Source of the DNA: Azolla caroliniana | Lineage: Eukaryota; Plantae; Polypodiophyta | Length of the DNA stretch: 64,000 nt | Assembly (NCBI GenBank): GCA_043228905.1 | Contig: JBHGNT010000020.1 | Coordinates: 2,976,001 to 3,040,000, forward strand | Reading direction: 5' to 3' | Part shown: one piece after another, positions 61,137-64,000 of the stretch | Position numbering within the stretch: the first letter of the stretch is position 1 | Layout: each line of letters starts with the position of its first letter | Program-made: the position numbers and the translations under genes | Notes under the pieces: generated by a model | Told to the model about the DNA's origin: nothing | Seen by the model: the letters and a program-made list of their open reading frames with translations, nothing else | Databases searched by the model: none

Positions 61137-63458
61137 CAAGCATCGGGGACTTCGGCACATACCGAAGGATGTGCGGGTTCGGAGGGGGCGAGTGTCGTAG
61201 TGTAATTCGGATAGGATATGGAGTACCCAGTGAGAACCGGAAGGAAGAACCGGTGAGGATTGAAACCGATAAGGAGACCGGCAAGAGCCGGATGAAGAAG
61301 GCCGGTGAGAGTCTCTCACCATATGAAGAGACATATTTGTAAATAGAAGAAAGTATAAAATTATATATTACATGCATAGGACAAGATTCAAACCTTGCAC
61401 CTCCATGTTAATAATGTTAAGCCTTATCATTATACTAGCATATTATGAATTTTCAAGTTATACTAAACTTTATCCCATGTAAAATTTCTAGACATGCATG
61501 GTACAAAATGTTATTCATGCATACACACTCGAGTTAAAAGAAAAGATGAGATAGAAAGCTAATCATGCACATGCAGTGTGCATGAAAACTAAAGATAGGA
61601 AAAGCATGATGCTTGCATGTGATAAACTTAGACTCTTCCAACACTATATAAGGAAGAGAGAAAGATGTATAGAGGTTGTTGATTATTTTACAAGGATTTT
61701 GATCAATCTAATATATTCGTGGGATTCACGATTTTTTTTTCCATCTATTTCTCTCTTACATTCTAAGTATCAATTAATACACTATACTCGTGGGATTCAC
61801 GAGTTTCATATCTTCTTTCAAATATTTCTCTTTCTTGCAATCGATTCATAAGGAGCCTTATCTCATATTCTTCTTTCTCCTAGTCCAAAACCTCAGCGGT
61901 TCCCACCCAACTCACGCAACAATCCGGAGCCGAAAGGCACGACAACACGACACCGTATATTCACGTCAAATGCACGTTGTCGACAAAATTTGACGAATTC
62001 CTTATATTTGAACTCTCCTCCATTATTGGTCCGAAGACATTTGAGTTTTTGGCCGGACTGATTTTCGACCATAGCGAGCCAATCAGAGAAAATCAAGAAC
62101 ACTCAATCTTTGGTCTTTATCGGATACACCCACACCTTCCGAGTCGAGTTGTCAATAAAGTTGACAAAATACAAGGCACCTCCGAGAGACAGATGTAGCA
62201 TAGGGCCACAGATGTCCAAGTGGACCAAATTGAGTGGACTTGATTCTCTTAGTGCTGATGTCGGGCGTGATGCGGCTATCTGTTTGTCGTACTGACAAAT
62301 GCTCGCAAAACTGATGATCAGAGAAGGAGAGTTTAAGGATGTATCCAGCTCTGGATAAATGCATGATGCCAGCCTTGCTGTGGTGTCTGAGTCGTCTGTG
62401 CCATAATGATGACACGGGAATGTCAACCATGAATAGGCCACTCTCTCTGAGTGTGGCGTATAACGGGTACAACGAATGTACTTTCGGTCCTCGAGCAAGT
62501 AGGAGGTTCCCCATGTGGAGTGTCCACCCTCCTGATGAGAGGCTGACATGGATGCCATCTTCGTCCAGTTGTCCAACCGAGATCAAAGGTCTTGGGAGCT
62601 CAGGTACGTATCAGACATTGTGTAGTACCAATGTAGAGCCACCTAGAAGGTTGAGCTCTACAGTGCCGATTCCGATTATCGCACAGTGTTGCGAATTTCC
62701 GACTCGGACTGAGTCGGAATATTGGGCCGAGTATTGCCGAAATTGGGATCGATGAGGAATCACGTGATATGAAGCACCCGAGTCCAAGAACCAAGTGCTT
62801 GACTCTTTAGTCGTAAGCTGAACTTTTGATTCGACTGATTTTTTGATGAACAAGATGTTCGGGTCGTTTGACAGTATTTCGGCCGAAGAGTCGACGTAAT
62901 TGACGTCCTCATGCCAACCATTCTTCTTATCAGCTCACTGAGCCTTATCGTTTTTGGCTTTGAGTGTGTGGCAATCGGTTTTGATGTGTCAGGGTTTCTT
63001 GGAATAATTGCAGACTCGATTATCCTGGGACATGCTCCGAGTTCGTTGGTTGTTCGGTTGTTGTGAAGAACCTCTTCCTCGACTGTGAAGAACCTTGTAC
63101 TACGTAAGAGTCGTTGGCGGAATCGTTCACAAAAGATTTTCTTTGAGTTGCTTCAGTTAGAATTGCACTTGTGACTAGGAGTACTTAACGGCAACAATTG
63201 ATGCATTGCACACAATTGTAACGAAAGTTTCCCACGAAGGGGGGAGACTACTCATAAGCAGCATTGCTCTTAGTTCATACTCAATAGTCTTCCCTTGAGC
63301 CGTAATTTGGGAACTTAAGCTTTCGTACTTGTTGAGGTGTGCCTAGACCGAATCAAATTCTTTCATCTGAAGGTTATAAAGGTACCGAATCAGATATATC
63401 TTCGTAGCGGCTACCTTCTTTTCGTAGGTGTCTGAGAGTGTCTTCCATAGTTGGAAGG

Positions 63459-64000
63459 TGATGATGAGAGAAAGAAAAAAGATAGAGAAGAGAAGAGGAA
63501 GAGAAAAGAATACTTCAATATACTATTAGGAAAACAATACAATCCTCTTAGACTCCAAAAGTAACAACCCCAAATAACTACTTCAATATACTATTAGCCA
63601 AAATAGTCTTTCCTTCTTCTCTCTTTCTTCAACTAATCTTCTTCTCACTTCTTCTAATCTTCGTATTCTTCCTCACTTCCTCTTGTAGATATTCTCTTCT
63701 TACTCCCTCCTTCTCTTTTAGATCTTCTATTCTTCCTTCCTCCTCCCAATTGCTAAGAATACCTTCATATTTATAGGTTTTTGGTTGCGTTATTCTTGCT
63801 TTTTTCTTTTCTTTTCTTTTACATATCCTCGAGTTTGTGTGGTGTGTTTTTCATATCATTATTTTTCTTTTTTCATCCAAATTTGTCACACAAGAAAGCT
63901 CTCTTTGTCAGCTTTCTTAAGAATCTTTTCTTTTCAAATTTGGACAAGAGATGAAGAAGTTATGAGCTTTTTTCACTACCTTGCTTTTTCTGCTTAATTT
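63459..64000. mobile_element. Probable LTR of another insertion, running off the window
   Basis: Abrupt switch from Copia gag to purine/pyrimidine-tract non-coding DNA beginning TGATG; other end not visible. Confidence 0.5.

Larger units (their letters stand above)
54614..61944 (+). mobile_element. Full-length non-chromovirus Gypsy (possibly Phygy-like), tRNA-Trp primed
   Basis: LTRs 54614..55525 and 61193..61944; PBS TGGTGAACCCGACGTGAA 55530..55547 (matches the plant tRNA-Trp 3' end as recalled); 4-bp TSD ACGT/ACAC from ACGC; PPT GGAGGGGGCGAG. Confidence 0.93.
49914..61952 (+). mobile_element. Pol-less Gypsy derivative (gag + long acidic ORF), tRNA-Trp PBS, 4-bp TSD
   Basis: TSD CCGT (49910..49913 / 61953..61956); 5' LTR 49914..50417; PBS TGGTGAACCCGACATG from 50422; 3' LTR 54089..54613 + terminal GACA 61949..61952. 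Confidence 0.9.
45603..63458 (-). mobile_element. Copia: 3' LTR 45603..45955, RH-RT-IN-PR-gag, interrupted twice; 5' LTR not seen
   Basis: TGTTG..CAACA LTR with PPT adjacent at 45956; FAMKDLGPA, DSRKSTT, EY|TAPYS rejoined across 49913/61953, WFLDSGAS ~62780, gag to ~63458. Confidence 0.88.

Overview
The whole 64 kb is a nest of LTR retrotransposons with no host gene. It is probably heterochromatin of a non-seed land plant (moss, fern or lycophyte); this is inferred from the Tcn1-like self-priming chromoviruses and a tRNA-Trp-primed, 4-bp-TSD Gypsy. I resolved about 16 elements or fragments, most by TG..CA termini plus target-site duplications (TSDs). These are four chromodomain Gypsy elements (all + strand, three nested in each other), a 1.57-kb chromovirus-type mini-element, six Copia bodies, two solo LTRs, a Tat-like Gypsy, and a Trp-primed Gypsy with pol-less partners. 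Most ORFs are decayed, often by C>T/G>A stops. Main non-routine signals: (1) five Gypsy LTR types from two lineages carry an antisense tRNA-like A-box/B-box cassette in U3; (2) chromovirus LTRs add long heat-shock-element arrays and a covarying self-priming R/PBS duplex; (3) the mini-element has a junction that reads like a self-priming product; (4) a -1 frameshift pseudoknot lies after the protease in the Trp-primed Gypsy; (5) a U3 module is shared between a Copia LTR and a Gypsy LTR. Coordinates were counted by eye and tRNA/lineage assignments are from memory, not searches.
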